64,000 bases of DNA from Eledone cirrhosa (taxonomy: Eukaryota): positions 24,242,001-24,306,000 of the forward strand of contig OZ024748.1 of NCBI GenBank assembly GCA_964016885.1, read 5' to 3'. The position numbers and the translations under genes were made by a program. Positions 24,301-36,110 of this stretch are shown here, one piece after another. Below the pieces are notes generated by a model. The model ran no database searches. It worked only from the letters and a program-made list of their open reading frames with translations, and was not told where the DNA came from. The stretch's first letter is position 1; every line of letters begins with the position of its first letter.

Positions 24301-27090
24301 TTCTATCAAGGTTGACCACTCCGGTCACTAGCTTGTGATCCGAATAGTCAACCATGAATATTCGTGGACAACTTAATATGTCCCTATCCTTATTTCTAAC
24401 TAGGAACCTATCTAGGTACGACCTAGATTTCTGCTGCGATTAGTCCACGTCCACAGTGGCACAGTCGGAAAATTTAGTCGTTATCTATCGTCCAGATCAA
24501 ATCGGCCGATTAACCGTTTGAGGCTGTTACAGCCTCCTCTATCGGGACATGCCCCTACATAGTCCCAACGTGCATCCAGGATACCATTCCAGTTCCCCAC
24601 TAAAAGCAAGGAGCGAGACGTTCCCAGAAAAGTCTCTAGGCGTTGGAAGAAGTCCGGTCGCGGTGTCCCAGATGGGGCATACGCTCCCACCAGCCTGAAG
24701 GCTCCACCTTCACTACTGCCTACGTCTAGAACCACCAGTCGACCCTCCGGGTCCAGGTGTACCTTCCGTGTTGCGAGGCCCAGGTGTTTTCGCAGCAGAA
24801 CGACCACCCCGCCCACACCCCCAGGCTGACAGAGAGATGCATAGATCTCAAAGTCGTCGAAGATGGGGGCCAGTTGGTGCTCGCTGCTGATCCTGGACTC
24901 GCAAATAGCTATCACATCCATTCTGTGCGACCTGAGGTCATTTAAGAGTTTGCCCTGCTTCCAGGACATCCCCAGGCTGCGCACATTTAAACATCCAACT
25001 CTTATAACAGCCATGGTGAAGAGTTTAGAGTGGAGAAAAAGGAAAAGACACCTACCTGTCCTCCTCCTGGGGATCAGGCTGCACAATTTCCATGGAGGTG
25101 TCGTCGGGGTTGTTTGGTGGGGTGGTGGTTTGGGATGTGGTGGGGGACATCAGTGTGTGGTGAGTGGGGTGTTTGGTGGGGGGGATGGGTGTCTGGGGTG
25201 GTGGTGGGGAAACATTTCAAGAGGACGCGGTTGCTATGTCTAGTACAGTGTTCCCCATGTCCTCGGGAAAGTTATGCTTGAGCATTGCGTAGGTGTCCCT
25301 TGGGACCCTAATCATTTTAAATGCGGTTTAGTCGCCGCGTTGGTTAACATTTTCCCTTCGGTTTCCACCGAAGGGTCTTTGTCTATTGTTTGCACAAGTG
25401 TTTTGTTGTTTGTGTTGATGTATGTATACTGTTTTTGTTGTTTGGTTTTTGTTTGTTGTTATTGTGTGTGTTTGCGTTTTGTAGTATGTGTTATGTTTTC
25501 GGGAGGGGTGGGTATTTTTGTTTGTGATGTTTGTTCTGTTTGTGCTGGTGGTTGTGTATTTGTTGCATTTTTGTTAATGTGGTGCCTTCTTTTCTTTCTT
25601 TTTACAGGTTGAAAGGGTTCTCCCTCGTCGTCACTGGGTGACGTTGATAAGGGGTCCTCGTCCGTGTTGTTGGGGAGGGGTATATTTTGGGGTTTTGTTG
25701 TGGTTGCTTTTGTATTTGTTTTAGGTGGAGAGGGGATGGGTGGGACAGTGTCTTGTGTTGTTATTTTTTCGTGTTGTTGTGGTGGTGGTGGTGGTGGTGG
25801 CTGTGTTGTTGTGTGTGGGGTGGGCAGAAGCTTCTTTTTTGGGGGGAGGGGGCATTTAAAAGGGGACAGGAAGCCCTCAGGTGACCACTTCTTGAACAGT
25901 GGTAGCATGAAGGCCGCCTGCCCTCAACAGAAATGTTTATGAAGGCAACTCCATCCAGAGACACACGCTGCGGTATTCTTGCTATCCGTTCTGGTCACAT
26001 CTGGACCAGAACTTCAAGGTTATTGCCGCCGAATACGCCCCCGGTGGATTCGCCTATCGAAAGGATTGTGTCTTCATCTTCTAAGAATCCCGTTAGCACT
26101 CACCAAATGCTCGCATTTGGCCTGATGCCCGAGATTCTTATCTTTTGAGTTCTTTTCCCCAAATATGTGGGGGAAAAGGTGTATGCTTTGGATACAATTG
26201 GCGACACAGAATATTTCCGTGCCGCCAATTCATCTTGCATTAAAACAGATATGCTTCCATACAGTTTCCCTTTCTGTATGAAAACGATATCCTTCCAGGC
26301 ACTACTTAGGACCAGCTCAATTTCGCTTTGGGACAATTGAACCGGTTTCCTAGTCGTGTTCGAAACTGTCCTAAAAATTACAGTCCTGAAGACTGTGTCC
26401 CTTCTAATTTCTTCGAGGGAAGTAATTGTAAATTCCCCACTTCCCCGAAATTTACACAATTCCTTGCTTCTTTCAGCAATTTCTTGGCATTCGAGATGTC
26501 CAGTGCCTTGTATGTCTGCGTTTCTCGGACTGCCTGTGCGAAGGAGACTGCAGCTGTGGGTCCGTTTTCTTTCGTGTTGTTATCATTGTTGTTGTTGTTA
26601 TTCGTGTTGGCTTGCTTTTTTCCTTTGTTGGTGTTGTCATTATTGCTGTTGTTGGTTGTGTTGTTATTGTCATTGTTGCTGTTGTTGGTTGTGTTGTTAT
26701 TGTCATTGTATTCTTGTTTGTGTAATTGTTACTTTTGGGGTTTTCACCCATTTCCACAATGTTTTCTTTTGATTCCGTGGTATCTTTTGCGGGAGTGAGG
26801 ATGGAAGGCTTACAGCGTTGTGCTGCTACCTTCTCTCTATCACTTTCCTTGGGGGGCGTGGCATGCGTCGTATTAATGGCGTCCATTGTCACTAAACGAC
26901 TTTTTATCGACAACTTATAACTATTAAATTTCGCCCTAAAATGGGGCGAAATTTATTTTACCCAACGTCTGCAGGCCCAGGCGAAGGGTTAAACACAACA
27001 AATAACAAATTACTTAAACAGACCTACCGCTTCTCGTAATAAATTCCGACAAAATGCAGGAGCCAAACAAAAACACGTCTATCTTCTCCG
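21385..27090 (-). mobile_element. Tx1/L1-clade retrotransposon, copy D (third subfamily, near full length, most decayed)
   Basis: Frameshifted ORF1 (~26886-25052, CYHCSRSGHLRASC knuckle) and ORF2 (~25014-21636, YADD); (GATA)n at both ends (21342-21382, 27091-27108). Confidence 0.92.
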
Positions 27091-27494
27091 AGATAGATAG
27101 ATAGATAGAGAAAAATAAATAGAGAGAGAGGGAGAGATAGGTTGAGGGAGAGGGAGAGAGAGAGAGAAACGGGGGTGTGAATAAAGGGAGAAAGTGTGTA
27201 GGGTGGGGTTGTGAGATATGACGCAGGAAGTAATTCTCGTAGTTGTGTACAGATCCATAATTATCAATTTAACATCGATAGTATTGAATTAGTAGATGAA
27301 GTAGCTAAGATCAAACACGCCGTGTTGACATAGTGTGTTGATATTGGTTGAGTATATAGTCAGATGTTGACCAAATGTTTATATATACATACATAATATA
27401 TACATACATAATCTATATACTTAAGAAAACAATATGAATATACATTTAGCTTTGCATTTTGTTGAAGGGTTGGGTCATATGATGAATATATATA

Positions 27495-28003
27495 TATTTA
27501 TTAAAATAACAGATTAAAGTTTAAGAAAAGAATCGCTGCTTTCACCCTTAACAGGATCTTCTGAAACTAACAAAGTCAATCTGTGAACGCAGAAGTGAAT
27601 ATTTCAAAAAACGTTGCAACCGGAGGAAGACAGGAAGACGATACTTTGGTTCGTGGAAACGTTCCCTGGCAAAGAACGGGAAAAAACGAATATAATACGT
27701 CATTAATAGGAGCGGTGAAAAACAATTACACCCAAAGACAGAACCACGTTTATGGTATAAAAGAAGTCGTAGACTAATGTTCTCTTAGGTGGTTCATAGA
27801 GACGTTCTCAGGCAATGAACGGAAAAAACGAAGATAATACGTCATATGTGGAGCGTAGAGAACAATTGCACGCAAAGACCAATGCAACGTTTTTTGAAAT
27901 ATTCACTTCCGCGTTCACATATTGACTTTGTTAGTTTCAGAAGATCCCGTTAAGGGTGAAAGCAGCGATTCTTTGCTTAAACTTTAATCTATTTTAATAA
28001 ATA
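27495..28003. mobile_element. Inverted-repeat element (~120-bp arms) in (TA)n; Penelope-like terminus with a variant hammerhead
   Basis: Arms ~27495-27618 and ~27883-28003 are reverse complements; the same sequence forms a tight hairpin at 31875-32023. Confidence 0.7.
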
Positions 28004-28018
28004 TATATATATATATAC

Positions 28019-28143
<125 letters not shown>

Positions 28144-29276
28144 CATATATGTGTGTGTGTATATATATGTGTATAGACACACATACTGATTAAATAGAAA
28201 GTGCACGTCTGGGAGATACGGAGTTCTGTCTTACGTAGCAGCCGCTGTCAACATTTTTCTGTCTCTAAGGGTCTTTACTCGATCTTTATAAGCTATTTTA
28301 TAGCAACTGGCTGTAATTGCAGTTATTACTGTCTGAGCTTCTTACATCTTATAAGTTTATTTCCTCAGCTCTTCGTAAGTTCGAAATTTCGAACTTCACA
28401 CAGGATGTTTGTGTATGAATGTACGCACCGCATCTCCCGGCGTCGATGACGCTACTTTTTTTCCTAAAATATGTCTTTAAAATCTACCATGCGTCCTGGA
28501 GACCGAAGGTTGGTTAAGGCCAGTAATACACTGGGATAATTGCTGGCCTTGTGCCAAAAGATGAAACAATTATTATTTTTCAAATTTTTGCTTAGGGTGC
28601 GTCTCGAGATCGAAGCGGCTTCGGCGCCGGGAAAACGGTATGTATGTATGTATGTATGTATGTATGTATGTATGTATGTATGTATGTATGTATGTATGGT
28701 ATCCAACGATGTTGACTTGTTCTTCTTTTTGGTAAATATCATCTTGGTTAAGAGAGTGGGACTGGCTTTGTGCAGTGCCTTTGCTCACTATAAAAGCTTG
28801 ACGGCACAGGCATTGCTTTATATCTGGAGATCTCTCTGCACTTGTCGTCACATGGTACCATGGGCCCAGCACTATGCGTCAGTAATTGTCACAAGTGTAG
28901 TCTTTGTACCAGAGTTTTCAAGTCGCTGGCTGGACTCGTTCAGCGCATCGGTAGGAATTCTCCTACATGGATATAAAGTAGTAGCCGTACTCGAAAACGA
29001 GTTGGCAGCCACCATGTGTGTATGTATGTACAAAAGGCAGAGGAACTCAGGAAAGTCAACGGCCATCCAATAATTTTTTTTTTTTTTGTGTAGACATTTC
29101 TCTAGGATATAAAACCTGCGACTCCGTTTGCATTTAATGATGTAGACTAGTCCTTATTGGGTAAATTCATTCCATGTTCAGAGGGTGGGATTGGCCATAG
29201 GCAAGTCCCTAGCAGGACTAAAAAGCCACGTCTGTGATGCTCATGCTTAAATATCAAAACTCGAAATCGAGTTGCA

Positions 29277-29363
<87 letters not shown>

Positions 29364-29594
29364 AATATGAGAACAAACGTGCTGCGTGGTTGCAAATGGG
29401 CTACATATGAATAAAGTTAGTCCTTCATCAGTGATCTTCCAACCATCATTGGTATTTCATCGCTTTAAAGACCATATACCTCCGGTTGGTGCGAGCAACG
29501 GCTAAAGAAAGTCGTTGGGACACGTAAATAAGGGGAACGAGCGAGATATATATATATTTTAATAAATATATATAAATTGTAATAAATATATATA

Positions 29595-29658
<64 letters not shown>

Positions 29659-29803
29659 TGGAAGCTTAGTAAAATCGAAGCTTTGGCTGTGGCCAAGCAA
29701 AGTCGACCTACAATAAGGAATGAGTTAGCAAAACACTCAATAAGGGTAGGTCCTTAGAGTAATAACATTACGTTTAAATACCTTGACAAATTGAAAATTG
29801 CGG

Positions 29804-29834
<31 letters not shown>

Positions 29835-29856
29835 TATATATATATTATATATATAT

Positions 29857-29923
<67 letters not shown>

Positions 29924-30001
29924 CCATACTCTACTACCTCAAGTATCGAGTACTCTGGTGAGTAATGGTCTAACCAGTTATAAACTGATTCTATCTTGAT
30001 T

Positions 30002-30135
<134 letters not shown>

Positions 30136-30140
30136 TGTGT

Positions 30141-30203
<63 letters not shown>

Positions 30204-30259
30204 CGTACACACACAAAGTAAATCATAAAAAATTAACCGAAAGAAAGCGTGAATGGACG

Positions 30260-30545
30260 GTGTTGGTGTTGGAAATCCGTCGTTTCCGGCGACAAGGGAT
30301 CCAGTTGATCCAATCAGCCGAACTTCCTGCTCGTGAAATGAACGTATAAGTGGCTGATCTTTTCATAGACACGTGTATCCTTATCGTAGTTCTCAGGGAG
30401 TGTCAGCGTGACAAAATGTGCTACAAGGTTTGCGCCATGAATTACTGGAACAATGTGAAATAAAGTGTCGTCCGGTTCGAGAATCGAATTCACGACTTTT
30501 CAATCTTGAACCGAACACCCTAACAACTAAGCTACGATGCGCTTT
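30260..30545 (-). mobile_element. SINE family 2 copy
   Basis: Reverse complement of the 48.7-49.4 kb modules; tRNA-like head near 30480-30540. Confidence 0.65.
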
Positions 30546-30956
30546 CACGCATGAATGATAAAGGGAAAAAGAAACGAAATTTAGTTGTTCAAATTATTAG
30601 TGTCACACATGTTAGGGTTTGTTTGTTTTTTTTGCTTTTTTTATCGATCTCGGCATGATGAAAGACAAAGTGGGATTTGACCTCGGTGGGAGGTGACCTC
30701 GGAGGTATTTGAACTCAGAACCTAGTGAATCGAGATGATTACTATACAGCATTTCATCCCATACTCTACCGACCTGACCAGTGCGATGTCTTCATACTAT
30801 ATATTACACACCATATATTACATAAACAATTTGATCATGAGTGAAAGAATAAGAGAAAAAGATACGAAATTTAATTGTTCAAATTAGCTATTGAGTTATA
30901 CCTCAAGATTATATTTCAAAACTTTAATAACATTCTATTGAATAGTGTTTTACTGT

Positions 30957-31015
<59 letters not shown>

Positions 31016-31740
31016 TTTCTCTATTCCTGCTATATATATAGCGATATAAAGCGATGAAATACCAATGATGGTTGGAAGATCACTGATGAAGGACTAACTT
31101 TATTCATATGTAACCCAATTGCAACCACGCAGCACTTTTATTCTCATATTTACACATATTTTTTCCCCCGCTGTGACCCGTCTATTTCGTTCTTACTGCT
31201 TCCTCTTTCTCTGTATTTTTACCCTCTCTTACAGTCACTTTCTCTGTTAGCCTCTTCCTCACCCTTCACTCACTCACTCTCTGTTACTACCTCTCCTCCT
31301 CCTCCTTCTTCCCGTTTGACCTGTGCGTAATTCTTTTCTTTCGCACGCTTGGTCAGGCTGGTTCGCTTTTTTCTCTCTCTCTCGTCTACGATTTCACAGA
31401 ACTTATGTTCACCGAATTCACAGACTAGATTCCTTCTTCCTCCCGTTAGACCTGTGCGGAATTCCTTCCTTGCTCACATTCCAACCAGGTTTGATGGTCT
31501 TTATTCTCTCTCGTTCACGATTTCACCGAACTTATATTCATGGAAATTTGGGACTTGACTCGTTCTTCCTCACTTTTCGTTGCTTCACCATCTTTGTTTG
31601 TTTACACTCTCGTGTCCCCTTTATTTACGTGTCCCAACGACTTTTTTTAGCCGTTGCTCGCACCAATCGGAGGTATATGGTCTTTAAAGCGATGAAATAC
31701 CAATGATGGTTGGAAGATCACTGATGAAGGACTAACTTTA

Positions 31741-31791
<51 letters not shown>

Positions 31792-31874
31792 ATAATAATA
31801 AATTTGAAGACTAAAATCCAAAGAGGGCTCGATGAGGATAAATATATATCAAATATATAAGAACCGTAGAGCAA

Positions 31875-32016
31875 ATATTTATTAAAATAACAGATTAAAG
31901 TTTAAGCAAAGAATCGCTGCTTTCACCCTTAACGGGATCTTCTGAAACAGAGTTTCAGAAGATCCCGTTAAGGGTGAAAGCAGCGATTCTTGCTTAAACT
32001 TTAATCTGTTATTTTA

Positions 32017-32023
<7 letters not shown>
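31875..32023. repeat. Near-perfect ~70-bp-arm palindrome (same family as 27495)
   Basis: ..GGATCTTCTGAAAC-AGA-GTTTCAGAAGATCC.. Confidence 0.9.
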
Positions 32024-32053
<30 letters not shown>

Positions 32054-32203
32054 CAATGAGTTCTTTAATTTGTTGATTATTCAACAAATTTAATGTATAA
32101 CATATTAGAAGCACTCAACATATTTCTTCTGGAGTATAATATCAATAATATTAATAAATGGAAGCTATCTTTATAAAACCATATTTATTTCGTTATATAT
32201 ATT

Positions 32204-32331
<128 letters not shown>

Positions 32332-32374
32332 GAAAGGTATAGAAAACATTGTAGCAAAAAGCCAACAGTATTCC

Positions 32375-32450
<76 letters not shown>

Positions 32451-32949
32451 CGTGACGTTGTATTATATAATATAACCGTCATGTTAAACTTACTATGCAG
32501 AGATTTATAAATGACCATACATGCTCCGACTGCTGCAGGTTGTCTGATGCATATTTAAAACTTCCATGTTATAAACTTCTAGTCAGATATACAGGCGCCA
32601 CTCTCAGCTTTGTGTTGTATTATAGTACCCCCCCCCCTCTCTCTCACTCTCACTCTCACTCGAGCTCACTTGCTCGCTCTGTTTATTCTCTTTATCTCTT
32701 TATCTCCCTATCTCTCTCATCTCTCTCTCTTGTACTTTCCTGTATATATTCTATCCTGTTACCCTCCTCTACCTCTTCCTACCCCCAGCCACCCCCTCAG
32801 CCCCCTCATATAATGCCACTGCTGCAGACGTGACTATATTCATGTTAGTCTATGTTGCCGTCTAGAATTGCATAGTTGAAATACTGTAATTTGCTTTAGC
32901 TTGTTTACAGCCATAAAGGAAGGACTCAATGCTGGTCGCACAATTTTAA

Positions 32950-33157
32950 AATAATAATAATAATTGTTTCTACTTTAGGCACAAGGCCAGCAATTACCCA
33001 GTACATTACTGGTACTTTATTTTATCGACCCCGTAAGGAATAATGGTTTCTGATTTTAGGCACAAGGTCGATCAAATCGACCCCAGTGCGTTACTGGTAC
33101 TTTATTTTATCGACCTCGTAAGGATGAGAGGCAAAGCTCGGCGGGATTTGAACTCTG
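32950..33157 (-). mobile_element. Two nested or truncated SINE family 1 fragments
   Basis: Two copies of TTACTGGTACTTTATTTTATCGACC. Confidence 0.8.
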
Positions 33158-33221
33158 TTACAAAGCGTAGTGTTCAACCCTCTACAGATACTCCCTATCT
33201 ATAATAATAATGATAATAATA

Positions 33222-34350
33222 ATTTCTTTATTAACCAAAGGGTTTACATAAAGGAAAACATTAAGGACGGTACAGGACGGCACAGGACGGCACAGGACGG
33301 CACGGTACAAATATGGGTTTCTGCGAGTAGAAAAGGAAACACATTAACAATAACAAAAGATGTAACCAAAAAAAAAAAAAAATAGAAACAAAAACAAATT
33401 CCCCAATCGGAGGTTACTCGTGGAGAAAGCCCTCAAAAGTCACGGTCACCCTGACCGCTAGGGCATGCGCCCTCTCCCAGTTGTTCTCCCTCAATACTAC
33501 TGGCAGGCATACGCTCAAGGCAGGGTCCATTCACATGGGCCATTCTTGCCTCTCTCACCTACCTTTCAACAAACTGGCTGGAAAGCAGCACTTCCCTCTC
33601 CACCCTGATTTTCCTTTTCAGGCGAAACCTAAAAAAGTTAATGAGAGCATCGTCGAAGAGGAAAGTGCCCATCTTCAACCCTTTCAAACGTGTCCACCAT
33701 ACGACCTCTTTCACCATGGCCACCAGGCAGATAAAAACTGGCTGCCCTTCCTGGTGGTGGGGCAATTTTCATGCTAGCCGGATCATCCTACACGCGACAG
33801 CAGATGTTCAACAAAAACCCACAAGTCAGCGATACTCGAACACTGGACGAGTGAGTTCAGGACAGTCTTATCGCCCCGCGCGAATCTCGGACAGGCCCGG
33901 CTGACGGCACTTCCATGCCTGTAAAGTTTATCTCGAACTAGCAACGCTCCTCGGTAGCACTGCCAGGCCAGAAACTTCTGGAAGTTATCCATTACCCCGG
34001 GACCGAAAGTCCTCCGGAAGTTATAGCTAATTGGCTTTGGAGACACCCAGAGTTCCACAAGGTCGTCATCACTCTTACCCTCTACTAGCCCTCTATAGAA
34101 AGCCAAGATGGAGTTTCTACCGATCAGTGCCCGGTTGGCAAAGGCAGTAAGTGCTTGAAGACATTCCAGTCTCTAAATGCTCCCTCTCAATCTCCGCTTG
34201 ACCCAGGATTGCAGCTCCGTGACGAGCTGGGGAAAAACGTGCCTAGCGAAAGGTGACCACACCTGTTCACCGTCTAGGAAAATCTGAAGATGTCGTAGCC
34301 TCAGCGCATGTTTGCGCATCATCAGTAACGACATGCCCAGTCCTCCACGC
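33222..34350 (-). mobile_element. 5'-truncated, degenerate Tx1-clade LINE of a sister family, ending in an (ATT)n tail
   Basis: GGLGM..MRKHALRLRHL, MDNFQKFLAWQCYRGALLVRDKLYRHG, KEVVWWTRLKGL; 3' end TTAATAAAGAA followed by (ATT)n. Confidence 0.88.
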
Positions 34351-34356
34351 TGGTTT

Positions 34357-36110
34357 CTATGTCATTGCCTCCCCATAACACTGTCTGTAACACTGTCTGT
34401 AACACTGTCTATATCATTGTCTCCCCATAACACTGTCTATAGCACTGTCTGTAACACTGTCTATGTCATTGTCTCCCCAAAACACTGTCTATAGCACTGT
34501 CTGTAACACTGTCTATGTCATTGTCTCTCCATAACACTGTCTGTAGCACTGTCTATGTCATTGTCTCCCCATAACACTGTCTGTAGCACTGTCTGTAACA
34601 CTGTCTATATCATTGTCTCCCCATAACACTGTCTGTAGCACTGTCTGTAACACTGTCTATGTCATTATCTCCCCATAACACTGTCTATAGCACTGTCTGT
34701 AACACTGTCTATGTCATTGTCTCCCCATAACACTGTCTATAGCACTGTCTGTAACACTGTCTATATCATTGTCTCCCCATAACACTGTCTATAGCACTGT
34801 CTGTAACACTGTCTATGTCATTGTCTCCCCATAACACTGTCTATAGCACTGTCTGTAACACTGTCTATGTCATCGTCTCCCCATAACACTGTCAATAGCA
34901 CTGTCTGTAACACTGTCTATATCATTGTCTCCCCATAACACTGTCTATAGCACTGTCTGTAACACTGTCTATGTCATTGTCTCCCCATAACACTGTCTGT
35001 AACACTGTCTATATCATTGTCTCCCCATAACACTGTCTATAGCACTGTCTGTAACACTGTCTATGTCATTGTCTCTCCATAACACTGTCTGTAGCACTGT
35101 CTATGTCATTGTCTCCCCATAACACTGTCTGTAGCACTGTCTGTAACACTGTCTATATCATTGTCTCCCCATAACACTGTCTGTAGCACTGTCTGTAACA
35201 CTGTCTATGTTATTGTCTCCCCATAACACTGTCTGTAGCACTGTCTGTAACACTGTCTATATCATTGTCTCCCCATAACACTGTCTGTAGCACTGTCTGT
35301 AACACTGTCTATGTCATTGTCTCCCCATAACACTGTCTGTAGCACTGTCTGTAACACTGTCTATATCATTGTCTCCCCATAACACTGTCTGTAGCACTGT
35401 CTGTAACACTGTCTATACCATTGTCTCCCCATAACACTGTCTATAGCACTGTCTGTAACACTGTCTATATCATTGTCTCCCCATAACACTGTCTATAGCA
35501 CTGTCTGTAATACTGTCTATGTCATTGTCTCCCCATAACACTGTCTATAGCACTGTCTGTAACACTGCCTATGTCATTGTCTCCCCATAACACTGTCTGT
35601 AGCACTGTCTGTAACACTGTCTATATCATTGTCTCCCCATAACACTGTCTGTAGCACTGTCTGTAACACTGTCTATGTTATTGTCTCCCCATAACACTGT
35701 CTGTAGCACTGTCTGTAACACTGTCTATATCATTGTCTCCCCATAACACTGTCTGTAGCACTGTCTGTAACACTGTCTATGTCATTGTCTCCCCATAACA
35801 CTGTCTGTAGCACTGTCTGTAACACTGTCTATATCATTGTCTCCCCATAACACTGTCTGTAGCACTGTCTGTAACACTGTCTATACCATTGTCTCCCCAT
35901 AACACTGTCTATAGCACTGTCTGTAACACTGTCTATGTCATTGTCTTTCCATAACACTGTCTATAGCACTGTCTGTAACCCTGTCTATGTCATTGTCTCC
36001 CCATAACACTGTCTATAGCACTGTCTGTAACACTGTCTATATCATTGTCTCCCCATAACACTGTCTGTAACACTGTCTATGTCATTGTCTCCCCATAACA
36101 CTGTCGGTAA
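34357..36110. repeat. Minisatellite, 52-bp unit made of 12-bp subunits
   Basis: GTCATTGTCTCCCCAT-AACACTGTCTAT-AGCACTGTCTGT-AACACTGTCTAT repeated. Confidence 0.95.

Noticed and set aside
6575-25612. Antisense and alternate-frame ORFs over the LINEs
   Set aside because: Shadows of the GC-rich ORF2 and ORF1; they recur only because the copies are homologous
31050-31745. CTGATGA-containing repeat (also at 29380-29540 minus) as a hammerhead
   Set aside because: No downstream GAAA and stem arrangement, and a type II fit fails; likely a truncated terminus
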